A stretch of DNA of 64,000 bases from an uncultured Gammaproteobacteria bacterium (GCA_964583105.1 CAZOUV010000001.1:1617-65616), one strand, 5' to 3'. Numbered from the stretch's first letter, positions 9,181-18,216 are shown. Translations and numbers: made by a program. The notes: generated from the sequence alone by a model not told the origin.

Positions 9181-9207
9181 GACTTCTATGAATTAGTTAT
9201 TGTTTTT

Positions 9208-9253
9208 GAAGCTATTTTGCAGGGGCTAGTAAACTATGTAAGGAACTTCTTTT
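9208..9253 (+). repeat. array junction repeat copy 6
   Basis: gaagctattttgcaggggctagtaaactatgtaaggaacttctttt. Confidence 0.85.
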
Positions 9254-9286
9254 GCTTTAGTTTTGAGTCTGAGATAAAATTCGGTT

Positions 9287-9622
9287 ATGGCAACATTTGA
9301 CGATTTCCAAAAGCTAGACATAAGAGTGGGGAAAATAATTGAAGTTGAGGATTTTCCTGAAGCCAAGAAGCCGGCTTATATCTTAACAATTAACCTGGGA
9401 GACGAAATTGGGATTAAAAAGTCATCTGTCCAAATTGTCAGTTTGTACAAGAAGGAAGACTTGGGCGGAAAGTTAGTTCTTTGTGTGGTAAATTTTCCCC
9501 CAAAGCAAATTGGACCCTTCTATTCAGAAGTTTTAACCCTAGGGATTCCAGATAAAGAGGGGAATTGTATATTGATTACTCCAGATATTAAAACTGCTGT
9601 TATTGGCGGGAGACTCTATTAA
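9287..9622 (+). CDS. tRNA-binding domain protein (CsaA/YgjH, EMAP/Trbp111-like OB fold)
   Basis: LDIRVGKIIEVEDFPEAKKPAYILTINLGDE ... KLVLCVVNFPPKQIGPFYSEVLTLG is the typical CsaA architecture. Confidence 0.75.
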   Translation: MATFDDFQKLDIRVGKIIEVEDFPEAKKPAYILTINLGDEIGIKKSSVQIVSLYKKEDLGGKLVLCVVNFPPKQIGPFYSEVLTLGIPDKEGNCILITPDIKTAVIGGRLY

Positions 9623-9627
9623 CCTTC

Positions 9628-9672
9628 GAGGCTAAATTGCAGGGGCTAGTAAACTATGTCAGGAAGTTCTTT
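9628..9672 (+). repeat. array junction repeat copy 7
   Basis: gaggctaaattgcaggggctagtaaactatgtcaggaagttcttt. It starts 6 nt after the stop. Confidence 0.85.
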
Positions 9673-9740
9673 GGGTATTACGAGACCTCTTTTTTCGGAG
9701 TTGAAAACAGAAGCTGCAAAGATTAAAATCCTTTCCAGGG

Positions 9741-10004
9741 GTGATTAAAACAATGGAAACCAACAAACAACCAAAAGACATTCCTTTCAAATTGGCTTTA
9801 GAAAACACAGTTAAAGAGTTTGGTGAAAGTGGAGAAGTTAGACCTGAAACAGCCGCAGAAATGACGCAGCAGATTATAAAACAGATAGGTATTCAGGAGA
9901 CCGACATGCCTGCAGTGGAAGAAGCATTGAAAGAGCACTATTACACCTTGAGATATGAAGAATATCGTAATGCAGCTATGTCAGTATTGGGAGATAAAGG
10001 TTAA
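9741..10004 (+). CDS. hypothetical protein (87 aa)
   Basis: Acidic small ORF with no motif recognised. Confidence 0.35.
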   Translation: MIKTMETNKQPKDIPFKLALENTVKEFGESGEVRPETAAEMTQQIIKQIGIQETDMPAVEEALKEHYYTLRYEEYRNAAMSVLGDKG

Positions 10005-10029
10005 CAAATTAGCTCATTAATAAACCTTT

Positions 10030-10090
10030 GAAGCTAAATTGCAGGGGCTAGTAAACTATATAGGGAACTTCTTCAGGTTTGAATTTCCCC
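10030..10090 (+). repeat. array junction repeat copy 8 (extended form)
   Basis: gaagctaaattgcaggggctagtaaactatatagggaacttcttcaggtttgaatttcccc. Homology to copy 4 continues toward the next start codon. Confidence 0.85.
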
Positions 10091-10112
10091 AAATTAATGT
10101 AGAATATGTTTA

Positions 10113-10853
10113 ATGTGCACTTTAGCAGCCAAGAGAATAAAGAATGGGTGGTTTTTAATAAAAACGAGAGACCCCGTGCCGTGGATGAGAATAGACGATG
10201 AGATAAAGTTGTTTGATTCAAAACAAGACAAATATAAGAAGTTACTTATTCAAAATCCCGACCCCAAGGAAGATGGTTATTATGGGGGAATAAACGAAAA
10301 GGGAGTCGCTTTTACAGCAACATTTGTTCCTGTAGCCGAAAATCAGGTTTCGTATATAAGAAGACCATATGTTAGGCTTATCTTGGATGCTTCCTCCGCA
10401 AAGGATGCGATAGAAATAATTAAGTCTTTTAATCCCAAAATAGGCGGCAATTTTTTTGTTGCTGATAAAAATGAATGCTACGAAGTTGAAGGTTCTCCCG
10501 AAGAATACTCAGTTACGAAAGTCGATAAACCTCAAGCTAAAACAAATCATTTTACGCATTTGCCGTACCAGAATGTACAAATGAAAATGCCTTGGTACAA
10601 AAAGTGGACATTTAACAGGCTAGAAAGGGCTCAAGAATTAATTGATAAAGCAGAAAACCTTGAGGATTTGGAGAACATACTTAAGGATAGGAAGAATGCC
10701 GATTCGAAAACTGCAATTTGTATGATAAAAGGTGAATCGGATTACAATCCTCCAACTGCGTCAGCGTTTGTTTTTGATACTGCGAATAGTACAGCATATT
10801 ATTGTCAAGGCAGTCCACTAGAATCTCCATTTAACAAGTTCAGCGCCCTTTGA
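10113..10853 (+). CDS. Ntn-hydrolase-like protein with an N-terminal Cys nucleophile (C45/C59 acyltransferase/peptidase-like), tentative
   Basis: It begins MCT... (Cys2 after iMet removal), typical of the choloylglycine hydrolase / acyl-CoA:6-APA acyltransferase fold. YYGGINEKGVAFTA and ICMIKGESDYNPPTASAFVFD are also present. Confidence 0.45.
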   Translation: MCTLAAKRIKNGWFLIKTRDPVPWMRIDDEIKLFDSKQDKYKKLLIQNPDPKEDGYYGGINEKGVAFTATFVPVAENQVSYIRRPYVRLILDASSAKDAIEIIKSFNPKIGGNFFVADKNECYEVEGSPEEYSVTKVDKPQAKTNHFTHLPYQNVQMKMPWYKKWTFNRLERAQELIDKAENLEDLENILKDRKNADSKTAICMIKGESDYNPPTASAFVFDTANSTAYYCQGSPLESPFNKFSAL

Positions 10854-10869
10854 AGCTAAATTGCAGGGG
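10852..10869 (+). repeat. truncated junction repeat copy 9, overlapping the stop codon of the previous gene
   Basis: gaagctaaattgcagggg, then it diverges into a tRNA-3'-like sequence. Confidence 0.7.
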
Positions 10870-10954
10870 TGCAGGGAATCGAACCTTATGGGAATCGTTA
10901 ATTTTTTCTATGCCTCGAAAAATGGATTAAATTAAACTACAATAACTTCTACCC

Positions 10955-11563
10955 ATGTTTGATGAAGTCATATTTGATCTTGAAACGAAAAGTTTTTTTG
11001 TTGAGGATGGAAAGTTCGACCCCTCCCGTTTTGGTGTTTCTGTTCTTTCTTTATATCATAGGAAGCTTGATGAAAGTTTTAATGAAATTAAAGGTGAGAT
11101 ATTAAGTTTTTGGGAGAAAGACTTTTCTAATATGTGGAAGATATTTGAAAACGCAAACAGAATAGTAGGTTTTAATTCCCTGTCTTTTGATGTTCCTGCT
11201 CTTTCGCCGTATTCTCCTAAAGGTTTTTCAAAGCTTCCCCATTTTGATATTTTGGATGAGATTAAAAAGGCTACGGGACATAAAACTTCACTTCATAAAA
11301 TTGCAAAAGCTACTTTGGGAGTACAAAAAACAGACACAGGGGAAAACGCAGTTATCTATTGGGAAAAGGGAGACAAAAAAAGCCTAGAATTATTAAAAAA
11401 ATACTGTGAAGATGATGTAAGAATAACCAAAGACATATATGATTATGTTTTAAAAAATAAAATATTGAAGTTTACCGATTATTGGAATAATCCTCGGGAA
11501 ATTGAAATGGATTTTTCCTATAAGTTAGAAAAGGATGATTCTCCCCAAGCTACTTTGTTTTAG
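10955..11563 (+). CDS. DEDD-family 3'-5' exonuclease (DnaQ-like)
   Basis: Exo I FDLET, Exo II IVGFNSLSFDVPAL, Exo III YCEDDVRITKDIYDYV. Confidence 0.7.
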   Translation: MFDEVIFDLETKSFFVEDGKFDPSRFGVSVLSLYHRKLDESFNEIKGEILSFWEKDFSNMWKIFENANRIVGFNSLSFDVPALSPYSPKGFSKLPHFDILDEIKKATGHKTSLHKIAKATLGVQKTDTGENAVIYWEKGDKKSLELLKKYCEDDVRITKDIYDYVLKNKILKFTDYWNNPREIEMDFSYKLEKDDSPQATLF

Positions 11564-11590
11564 GATATACTCAAGGTATAATACATAGCC

Positions 11591-12652
11591 GTGCTTGCAA
11601 AAATTTCAAAATTATTGTTTTCAGGAAAAAGAAAGTTTGTAACCATAGCGGTATCGGTGCTTCTTTCTTTTATTTTTTTCAGGAAACCTCAAATAAAAGT
11701 TGAAACTACAAAAGTTCAAAGGGGAGATATTGTTGAATCAATTTCAGCCTCGGGGGAAGTTGATGCCAACGAGAAAGCAGATCTTACATTTCAGGGTTCC
11801 GGAAGACTTTCCTGGGTAGGGGTAAAGGAAGGGGATTTGGTTAAAAAATATCAGGCAATTGCAAAACTTGATACTCTGGTTCTAAATGCCACTTATCAAC
11901 AGGCAATTAATACATATAAATCATATGAAGCCGCCGCTCAAAAGGCCGAAGAAGATGTAAAAGGCCACTCCTCCGACGAAACATACGCACAGAAATCAAC
12001 CAGAATGGCTGCCCAGGTTGCGCGCGACAATGCGTATGATGCAATGAGGGCGGCCGAACAGAACCTTAAGTTTGCGACAATTACAGCTCCTTTTGATGGA
12101 ATTATTACTTCTGCAAATCCTGCATATGCAGGTTCCAATGTAACTTACTTAAATGCTATTTATTCAATAGTTAATCCCGAGACTTTTTATTTTTCAACTG
12201 AAGTTGGGGAATCCGAAATATCAAAAATTAAAGAGGGCCAGAAAGTGGTTATTTCATTAGATGCATATCCCGAAGAGATATTTGAAAGCACGGTTAAATC
12301 AATCGGAATTGCAAGCGTTGTAACTTCAACCGGGGGAACGGCATATAAAGTAGAAATTATCTTGCCTAAAAAAGAAGGTGTGGAATTTAGACTTGGTATG
12401 AATGGAAATTCCGAAATTGTGGTAGATATTTACAGCGACACATTATTTGTTCCCACCGATGCGGTTGTCGAAGAAGACAGCGGGAATTATGTTTGGGTTG
12501 TTAACGGCGGAGGAAGTATTAAAAAAGTTGAGGTTGTTATAGGAGCATCATCCTTGGAAAGAAGTGAAGTTAAAGAAGGTGTTAGTGAAGGTGATATTGT
12601 CATAGTTACTCCCCCAACCAATCTCAAAAATGGCATTAAAATCAGTTATTGA
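11591..12652 (+). CDS. efflux periplasmic adaptor / membrane fusion protein (MacA/HlyD family)
   Basis: N-terminal TM, biotinyl-lipoyl-like hairpin (ITAPFDGIIT), coiled-coil region, beta-barrel C-terminus. Confidence 0.8.
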   Translation: MLAKISKLLFSGKRKFVTIAVSVLLSFIFFRKPQIKVETTKVQRGDIVESISASGEVDANEKADLTFQGSGRLSWVGVKEGDLVKKYQAIAKLDTLVLNATYQQAINTYKSYEAAAQKAEEDVKGHSSDETYAQKSTRMAAQVARDNAYDAMRAAEQNLKFATITAPFDGIITSANPAYAGSNVTYLNAIYSIVNPETFYFSTEVGESEISKIKEGQKVVISLDAYPEEIFESTVKSIGIASVVTSTGGTAYKVEIILPKKEGVEFRLGMNGNSEIVVDIYSDTLFVPTDAVVEEDSGNYVWVVNGGGSIKKVEVVIGASSLERSEVKEGVSEGDIVIVTPPTNLKNGIKISY

Positions 12653-13319
12653 TCTTAAAGAGGTATCCAAGAAATACTTAATGGGTGAGGAGGAATTCTA
12701 TGCTCTCAAAGACGTATCTTTAAAAATAAATAAGGGAGAATTTGTGGCAATAATTGGGCCTTCGGGGTCGGGAAAGTCAACATTAATGCACGTAATAGGG
12801 CTTCTCGATAAACCCACATCGGGAGAAGTATTTTTGGAAGGAGAAGAAGTTCACAATTTAACTGAAGTGGAACAGGCGGAATTGAGAAACAAGCACATAG
12901 GATTTATTTTTCAGGTATTTAATTTACTACCCAGAACCTCGGCTCTTGAGAATGTTGAAATGCCTCTTATTTATTCGGGTGTTGTTAAAAGTGAAAGAGA
13001 TAAAAGGGCAATTAAAGCCCTTCAAGTTGTGGGTCTTGGAGAAAAACTTCAAAATAAGCCCTCTCAGCTTTCGGGAGGCCAGCAACAGAGAGTGGCAATT
13101 GCAAGAGCTCTTATTAATAACCCGAGTATAATCTTGGCGGATGAACCAACCGGAAATTTGGACAGCAAATCCGGTGAAGAAATACTTTCTTTGCTTGATA
13201 AATTGAATAAAGAGGGAAATACCATTGTTGTGGTTACACACGATTTGGATATTGCAAAGCGTGCAAAAAGAATTATTTCGATTAAGGACGGAGAGATAGT
13301 CAGCGATAAAAAAGAATAA
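12630..13319 (+). CDS. ABC transporter ATP-binding protein (MacB/LolD-like)
   Basis: Walker [11 protein letters not shown]-loop, signature LSGGQQQRV, Walker [12 protein letters not shown]. Confidence 0.9.
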   Translation: MALKSVIDLKEVSKKYLMGEEEFYALKDVSLKINKGEFVAIIGPSGSGKSTLMHVIGLLDKPTSGEVFLEGEEVHNLTEVEQAELRNKHIGFIFQVFNLLPRTSALENVEMPLIYSGVVKSERDKRAIKALQVVGLGEKLQNKPSQLSGGQQQRVAIARALINNPSIILADEPTGNLDSKSGEEILSLLDKLNKEGNTIVVVTHDLDIAKRAKRIISIKDGEIVSDKKE

Positions 13320-13321
13320 AT

Positions 13322-14521
13322 ATGGATTTATCAGAAATTTTTAAGCTTTCTTTAAGAAGTATTACTCGGAATAAAACTAGATCTGTTCTTACTATGCTTG
13401 GAATTATCATCGGTGTTTCATCCGTCATTTTACTGGTTTCTTTAGGTCAAGGGCTTCAGGATTTTGTAACCGGACAATTTGAGAAGCTTGGTTCAAATAT
13501 TATTTATGTAATTCCAGGAAAAATTGGAGCAGGGGGATTTGGTGGAGGACCGCCAAGTTTTACCGCAAGTAAATTAACCCTTAAGCAGGCAGCGGGTATT
13601 GCTAAATTGGGGGGTGCTGTTTCCGATGCGGGAGGCGGAACACAATCGATTTCACCAATTAAATATAAGGGAAAAAGCATGTACGGAACGATAGTTGGGG
13701 GAACCGGAAATTATATGAAACTTCATGCAATATCGGTAAGCTCCGGAAGAACCATGACCGAAACTGACGTAAAACTGGGAAGGAAGGTTGTGGTAATTGG
13801 TAAAGACGTTGTGAATAAACTTTTCGGCCAATTAAACCCGATAGGTAAAAAAATAATCGTAGGCAATCAAACCCTTACGGTGATTGGGATCTTCAGTGAT
13901 TTGGGGTCGGTAGGTTCATTGGGTGGAGGAAACGATCATTCTTTTGTTCCAATAACCATTGCTTCAAAAATATTCGGAAGCGAAAATTTACAAACAATCT
14001 CGGTCAAGGCTATAAGCAAGGAAGATATTCCCATGGCAATAAAGCAGGTTAAGAAATACCTCTTAAAAGAGCTTACGGATGATGATTTTTCGGTGATGGA
14101 TTCTTCAAGTCTTCTTTCAACAATTAATCAAATTCTTGGGGTATTAACTGCAGCATTGGGGGGAATTGCTGCAATATCGCTTGTTGTGGGAGGAGTGGGA
14201 ATCATGAACATCATGCTTGTAACGGTTACCGAAAGGACGAAAGAAATAGGATTAAGAAAAGCGGTAGGGGCAAAACCCAAAGACATTCTTATACAGTTTA
14301 TTATCGAAGCTGTTGTTCTTTCACTTTTGGGAGGAGTAATCGGAATTTTAATAGGAACGGGGGGAGCTGCAGTTATGAACAGTTTTTTCCCCACGTCGGT
14401 ATCTTTCTGGTCGGTTTCTTTAGCATTTGGGGTATCCGCACTTGTGGGAATTATTTTTGGAGTAGCTCCTGCATTAAAAGCCTCGCGTCTTAACCCTATA
14501 GATGCTCTTAGATATGAATAA
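13322..14521 (+). CDS. ABC transporter permease, FtsX-like/MacB-type
   Basis: MacB periplasmic core domain, then 3 C-terminal TM helices with the FtsX signature region ([14 protein letters not shown]). Confidence 0.85.
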   Translation: MDLSEIFKLSLRSITRNKTRSVLTMLGIIIGVSSVILLVSLGQGLQDFVTGQFEKLGSNIIYVIPGKIGAGGFGGGPPSFTASKLTLKQAAGIAKLGGAVSDAGGGTQSISPIKYKGKSMYGTIVGGTGNYMKLHAISVSSGRTMTETDVKLGRKVVVIGKDVVNKLFGQLNPIGKKIIVGNQTLTVIGIFSDLGSVGSLGGGNDHSFVPITIASKIFGSENLQTISVKAISKEDIPMAIKQVKKYLLKELTDDDFSVMDSSSLLSTINQILGVLTAALGGIAAISLVVGGVGIMNIMLVTVTERTKEIGLRKAVGAKPKDILIQFIIEAVVLSLLGGVIGILIGTGGAAVMNSFFPTSVSFWSVSLAFGVSALVGIIFGVAPALKASRLNPIDALRYE

Positions 14522-14581
14522 ATAGATTATAAAAAGCTTGCCAAATTTGTTTTAGGGTGCTATATATCAGTTACTAGGGTT

Positions 14582-14860
14582 ATGAAATTAACAATGATAG
14601 GGCAACAGCCATTTAAAAGGGAATATGGAGGGAAACAACTTTGTGTGCAGGTTGTTCCATTGGGCTTAAGTGAATTACGGAGGATTTTGGGAGAGGCTCC
14701 AGTGGGTGATATTTTTCCATCAATTGGAGAAATGAATTTTGGAGGTACTGTTTCTGTTGGACGTGAGGGTAGGAGAGTTACAATAGAAGTTGATAAAATT
14801 GATTCTAGGGTCAAAATCGGAGATAAGGTTTTTGTTAGTTACATGGGTGAGAAAGACTAA
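14582..14860 (+). CDS. hypothetical small protein (92 aa)
   Basis: Preferred over the overlapping antisense 84-aa ORF on composition grounds only. Confidence 0.3.
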   Translation: MKLTMIGQQPFKREYGGKQLCVQVVPLGLSELRRILGEAPVGDIFPSIGEMNFGGTVSVGREGRRVTIEVDKIDSRVKIGDKVFVSYMGEKD

Positions 14861-14867
14861 GAGTTAC

Positions 14868-15215
14868 TTATTGGATAATTTTTGGAAGAAAAATAAAGGA
14901 TCCAATTAATACTGCAACTATTGCAGATATTAAAACTCCAGCAGCAGCCACATCTTTTGCAATTTTTGCTTTTTCTTGTTTTTCCGGACTTACAATATCT
15001 ACAATCTGTTCAAGTGATGTGTTTATAAATTCAAGTATTAGTACAAGTCCTATGGTAATTATAAGAATTGCCCATTCGATAGAAGAAAGTTTTAAAATAA
15101 TTCCTAAAATAATTGCAATGACCATCAAGACAAAGTGAACCCTCATATTTTTTTCACTTTGAAAAGCTTCTTTAATTCCATCGATGGCGTATTTAAAACT
15201 TTTTATGATATCCAT
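14868..15215 (-). CDS. dgkA: diacylglycerol / undecaprenol kinase (DgkA family)
   Basis: EFINTSLEQIVD matches the DAGK ExxNTaiE motif. Three TM helices. 115 aa. Confidence 0.8.
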   Translation of the reverse strand: MDIIKSFKYAIDGIKEAFQSEKNMRVHFVLMVIAIILGIILKLSSIEWAILIITIGLVLILEFINTSLEQIVDIVSPEKQEKAKIAKDVAAAGVLISAIVAVLIGSFIFLPKIIQ

Positions 15216-15247
15216 GTTTATGGTTTATAATTAATGATTATATAACA

Positions 15248-15715
15248 ATGTGGGAAAAGTATATTATTGAGTTTTTTGCTAGTTACTTTTTATGGCTGAT
15301 GTTTTTTGGAATTTTTATTCTTTGGGCATATGACGGAAAGGTTCATAAAGCTCAAGCCCTTCATGCTTTATTTGCCGGTACCTTAGCTTGGGTTATTGCC
15401 TGGACAATAAAATCTGTTTTTCCCACCCATAGGCCTTTTGAACTTAACGGCAAAGAGGTTTTTGTAGTAATTCCTTTGACAAATGGAGGATTTCCTTCGG
15501 GGCACACAGCAGCTGCATTTGCAATTGCAGTAACCATCTGGAATCACGACAAGAAAATGGGAATAATCTATGTTCTTTCCGCAGTTTTGGTTGGTATTTC
15601 AAGGGTTCTTGCCAATGTTCACTATCCGGTTGATATTATTGCGGGAAGTCTTCTTGGAATATTAACTTCACAAGTGGTTCGAAAAATTCATTTTAGGAAG
15701 TTTTTTAAAAAATAA
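15248..15715 (+). CDS. PAP2-family phosphatase (undecaprenyl-diphosphatase/PgpB-like)
   Basis: PAP2 motifs are present: RP (FPTHRPF), PSGH, and SRxxxxxHxxxD (SRVLANVHYPVDI). Confidence 0.8.
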   Translation: MWEKYIIEFFASYFLWLMFFGIFILWAYDGKVHKAQALHALFAGTLAWVIAWTIKSVFPTHRPFELNGKEVFVVIPLTNGGFPSGHTAAAFAIAVTIWNHDKKMGIIYVLSAVLVGISRVLANVHYPVDIIAGSLLGILTSQVVRKIHFRKFFKK

Positions 15716-15773
15716 TACTTGCTTTTTAGCAGAGTAAGTTATAGACTGCTAATACTTTATTTAATTTTATATT

Positions 15774-18134
15774 ATGAAGGCAGATGATAAATTAACAAGA
15801 CAGGTTCCGATTGTTCCAATCAGAGGATCGGTTGTTTTTCCGCATTCCGACACCCTTCTTTCTTTCACCAGAAAAAAATCCGTTATGGCCATTAATTCCG
15901 CTTTTCAGCAGGACAGGGTTGTTGCAATTTTTACCCAGAAGGACGCAAAAACTCAGGATCCTTCCAAAGAAGATCTTTACCCGATAGGAACTGTTGCAAC
16001 AATTACACAAATGATGGCAACAGATAACGAAATTCACTCTCTCATCAGGGGTCAGGCAAGAATCCGTTTGGAAGATATTATTTCCCACGAACCTTATTTG
16101 ATTGGGAAAATCGTGGAGATACCCGAAGATAGGGATAACTCAAGCGAAGTTATCGCCCTGTCCTCCCAGCTTTCAGATCTTTTTAAGAAGGCGATTAATT
16201 TAGGCAAGCAGGTTGAAGTTGTAACTGTGATGAAGCTCATATCCGGTGAGATTTCTCCGGTTGAGGTTGTTGATCAGATTGCCGCGGTTTTGGATATCAG
16301 AACCGAGGAAAAGCAAAAGATCTTGGAAATTTTTTCTCTTAAATCGAGGATGAAAAAAGTACTTGAACTTCTTGCTAATGAAATTAATTCCTTGGATTTG
16401 GAAAAAACAATATCCGTAAAAACCCAGAAAAGGTTTGAGGAATCAATGAGAAAAAACATTTTAAGGGAGAAAAAAAGAACTATCGAAAAGGAGCTTGGCG
16501 AAGCAAACGACGAGGAGCTTTCCGAAGATGAGATTGGAGAATATAAAGCCAAAATCAAAAAATCCGGCATGTTAGGAGAAATAAAGAATAAAGCCCAAAA
16601 AGAGCTTAAAAGACTTTCGCAAATGTCTCCCCATAATCCAGAAACAGGCTATTTAAGAAATTACTTGGATTGGCTTTGCGATATGCCGTGGGATAAGGCT
16701 TCTTCCAACAATGTTTCAATTAAGGAAGCGGCAAAAATTTTGGAAGATAGGCATTACGGAATGCAAAAGGCAAAAGAAAGAATATTGGAATTTCTTTCGG
16801 TAATGAAATTAAAAAATAAGCTCAAAGATAAAGGGGAAAGCCAGCCCACAATCCTTTGTTTTATAGGGCCTCCCGGGGTAGGAAAAACATCAATCGGAAA
16901 ATCAATTGCGGAAGCCCTAAACAGAAAGTTTGTCAGGATTTCTTTAGGGGGAATCAGGGATGAGGCGGAAATAAGAGGCCACAGAAGAACTTATGTTGGT
17001 GCTCTTCCCGGAAGAATAATACAAGGAATTAAAAACGCAGGAACAAAAAACCCCGTTTTTATGCTTGATGAAATAGATAAAGTGGGAAATGATTTCAGAG
17101 GAGATCCGTCATCCGCACTTTTGGAAGCATTGGATCCTGAACAGAACAAAGAATTTTCGGATCACTACTTGGAAGTTCCCTTCGATTTATCCAAGGTGAT
17201 GTTTATCTGTACCGGAAATGTTTTGGATACAATCCCTTCGGCTTTAAGAGACAGGCTTGAGATAATCACCTTTCCGGGTTATACCAGTGAGGAGAAATTT
17301 AATATTGCCCAAAAGTTTATCTGGCCAAAACAAACCAAGCTTCATGCTATTTCCAAAACAAAAATATCCGAGAAAGCTTTAAGGAAAGCGATAGACAGAT
17401 ATACCAGAGAATCCGGAGTAAGAGATCTTGAAAGAAACTTAGCATCCGTTTGCAGAAAAGTTGCAAGACTTACCGCTGAGGGTAAAAAACATCCCGTAAA
17501 AGTAGACGTTGAAGATGTGAGGAAATATTTGGGACCGGAAAAGTTTTCTTCAATAATTGCCGAAAAAGGCGATGAAGTAGGAATGTCTACAGGTCTTGCA
17601 GTAACTTCTGCAGGAGGAGAGATTCTGTTTATAGAAGTTTCATTGATGCCCGGAAAAGGAATGTTGACTTTAACCGGACAATTGGGAGATGTAATGAAAG
17701 AATCGGCAAAAGCAGCATTTACATGGACAAGATCGCATTACAAAGAACTTGGATTAAAGCCGGATTTTGCAGGAAAGTTGGATGTTCACATCCATGTTCC
17801 CGAAGGAGCAGTTCCCAAAGACGGGCCTTCCGCAGGAGTTGCAATTACCACAGCACTGGTTTCTGCATTAACAAAAATTCCTGTTAAAAGAGATGTGGGA
17901 ATGACAGGAGAGGTAACGCTTAGGGGGAGAGTTTTGGAAATAGGAGGAGTAAAGGAAAAAGTAATTGCGGGACATCGTGCGGGGCTAAAAACAATCATTT
18001 TACCCAAAGACAATAAAAAAGATATGGAAGATATCCCAGCAAATGTAAAGAAAGATATTAAATTTGTATTTGCGGAGAGTGTGGATCAGGTTCTTTCCAC
18101 GGCTTTAAAAGCGAAGCCCAAAATGCTAAAATAA
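15774..18134 (+). CDS. lon: ATP-dependent Lon protease
   Basis: LON N-terminal domain, AAA+ Walker A GPPGVGKTS, S16 protease domain with DGPSAGVA and Lys. Confidence 0.95.
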   Translation: MKADDKLTRQVPIVPIRGSVVFPHSDTLLSFTRKKSVMAINSAFQQDRVVAIFTQKDAKTQDPSKEDLYPIGTVATITQMMATDNEIHSLIRGQARIRLEDIISHEPYLIGKIVEIPEDRDNSSEVIALSSQLSDLFKKAINLGKQVEVVTVMKLISGEISPVEVVDQIAAVLDIRTEEKQKILEIFSLKSRMKKVLELLANEINSLDLEKTISVKTQKRFEESMRKNILREKKRTIEKELGEANDEELSEDEIGEYKAKIKKSGMLGEIKNKAQKELKRLSQMSPHNPETGYLRNYLDWLCDMPWDKASSNNVSIKEAAKILEDRHYGMQKAKERILEFLSVMKLKNKLKDKGESQPTILCFIGPPGVGKTSIGKSIAEALNRKFVRISLGGIRDEAEIRGHRRTYVGALPGRIIQGIKNAGTKNPVFMLDEIDKVGNDFRGDPSSALLEALDPEQNKEFSDHYLEVPFDLSKVMFICTGNVLDTIPSALRDRLEIITFPGYTSEEKFNIAQKFIWPKQTKLHAISKTKISEKALRKAIDRYTRESGVRDLERNLASVCRKVARLTAEGKKHPVKVDVEDVRKYLGPEKFSSIIAEKGDEVGMSTGLAVTSAGGEILFIEVSLMPGKGMLTLTGQLGDVMKESAKAAFTWTRSHYKELGLKPDFAGKLDVHIHVPEGAVPKDGPSAGVAITTALVSALTKIPVKRDVGMTGEVTLRGRVLEIGGVKEKVIAGHRAGLKTIILPKDNKKDMEDIPANVKKDIKFVFAESVDQVLSTALKAKPKMLK

Positions 18135-18142
18135 AGCCTCAA

Positions 18143-18216
18143 GTCGCCATCATCTAACGGTTTAGGATATCAGGTTCTCATCCTGAAAATTGAGGGTTCG
18201 AATCCCTCTGGCGACA
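18143..18216 (+). tRNA. tRNA, anticodon read as CTC (Glu); 74 nt without an encoded CCA
   Basis: Acceptor GTCGCCA/TGGCGAC, T-arm GAGGG-TTCGAAT-CCCTC, anticodon stem TCAGG/CCTGA with loop TTCTCAT. The D-arm is slightly atypical. Confidence 0.7.

Noticed and set aside
2047-10891. The repeat array might be a CRISPR array, a tandem VNTR or a REP/MITE family.
   Set aside because: The intervals between repeats are 0.4-1.7 kb protein-coding units, not 25-50 bp spacers. The repeat is not palindromic and has no terminal inverted repeats. No other copies were noticed elsewhere in the window.
10862-10950. Full-length tRNA gene on the minus strand at the array end.
   Set aside because: Only the T-arm/acceptor 3' half is recognisable. 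No complementary 5' acceptor strand, D-arm or anticodon arm could be built from the upstream sequence.
14560-14814. 84-aa minus-strand ORF overlapping the 92-aa plus-strand ORF.
   Set aside because: Only one of the two can be real. The plus-strand ORF has a more protein-like composition and co-orients with the upstream operon. Both remain low confidence.
18143-18216. Considered whether the tRNA is a genomic-island integration site, given the convergent L,D-transpeptidase gene 8 bp downstream.
   Set aside because: No direct repeat of the tRNA 3' end and no integrase is visible nearby. The flanking genes are ordinary housekeeping or envelope genes.
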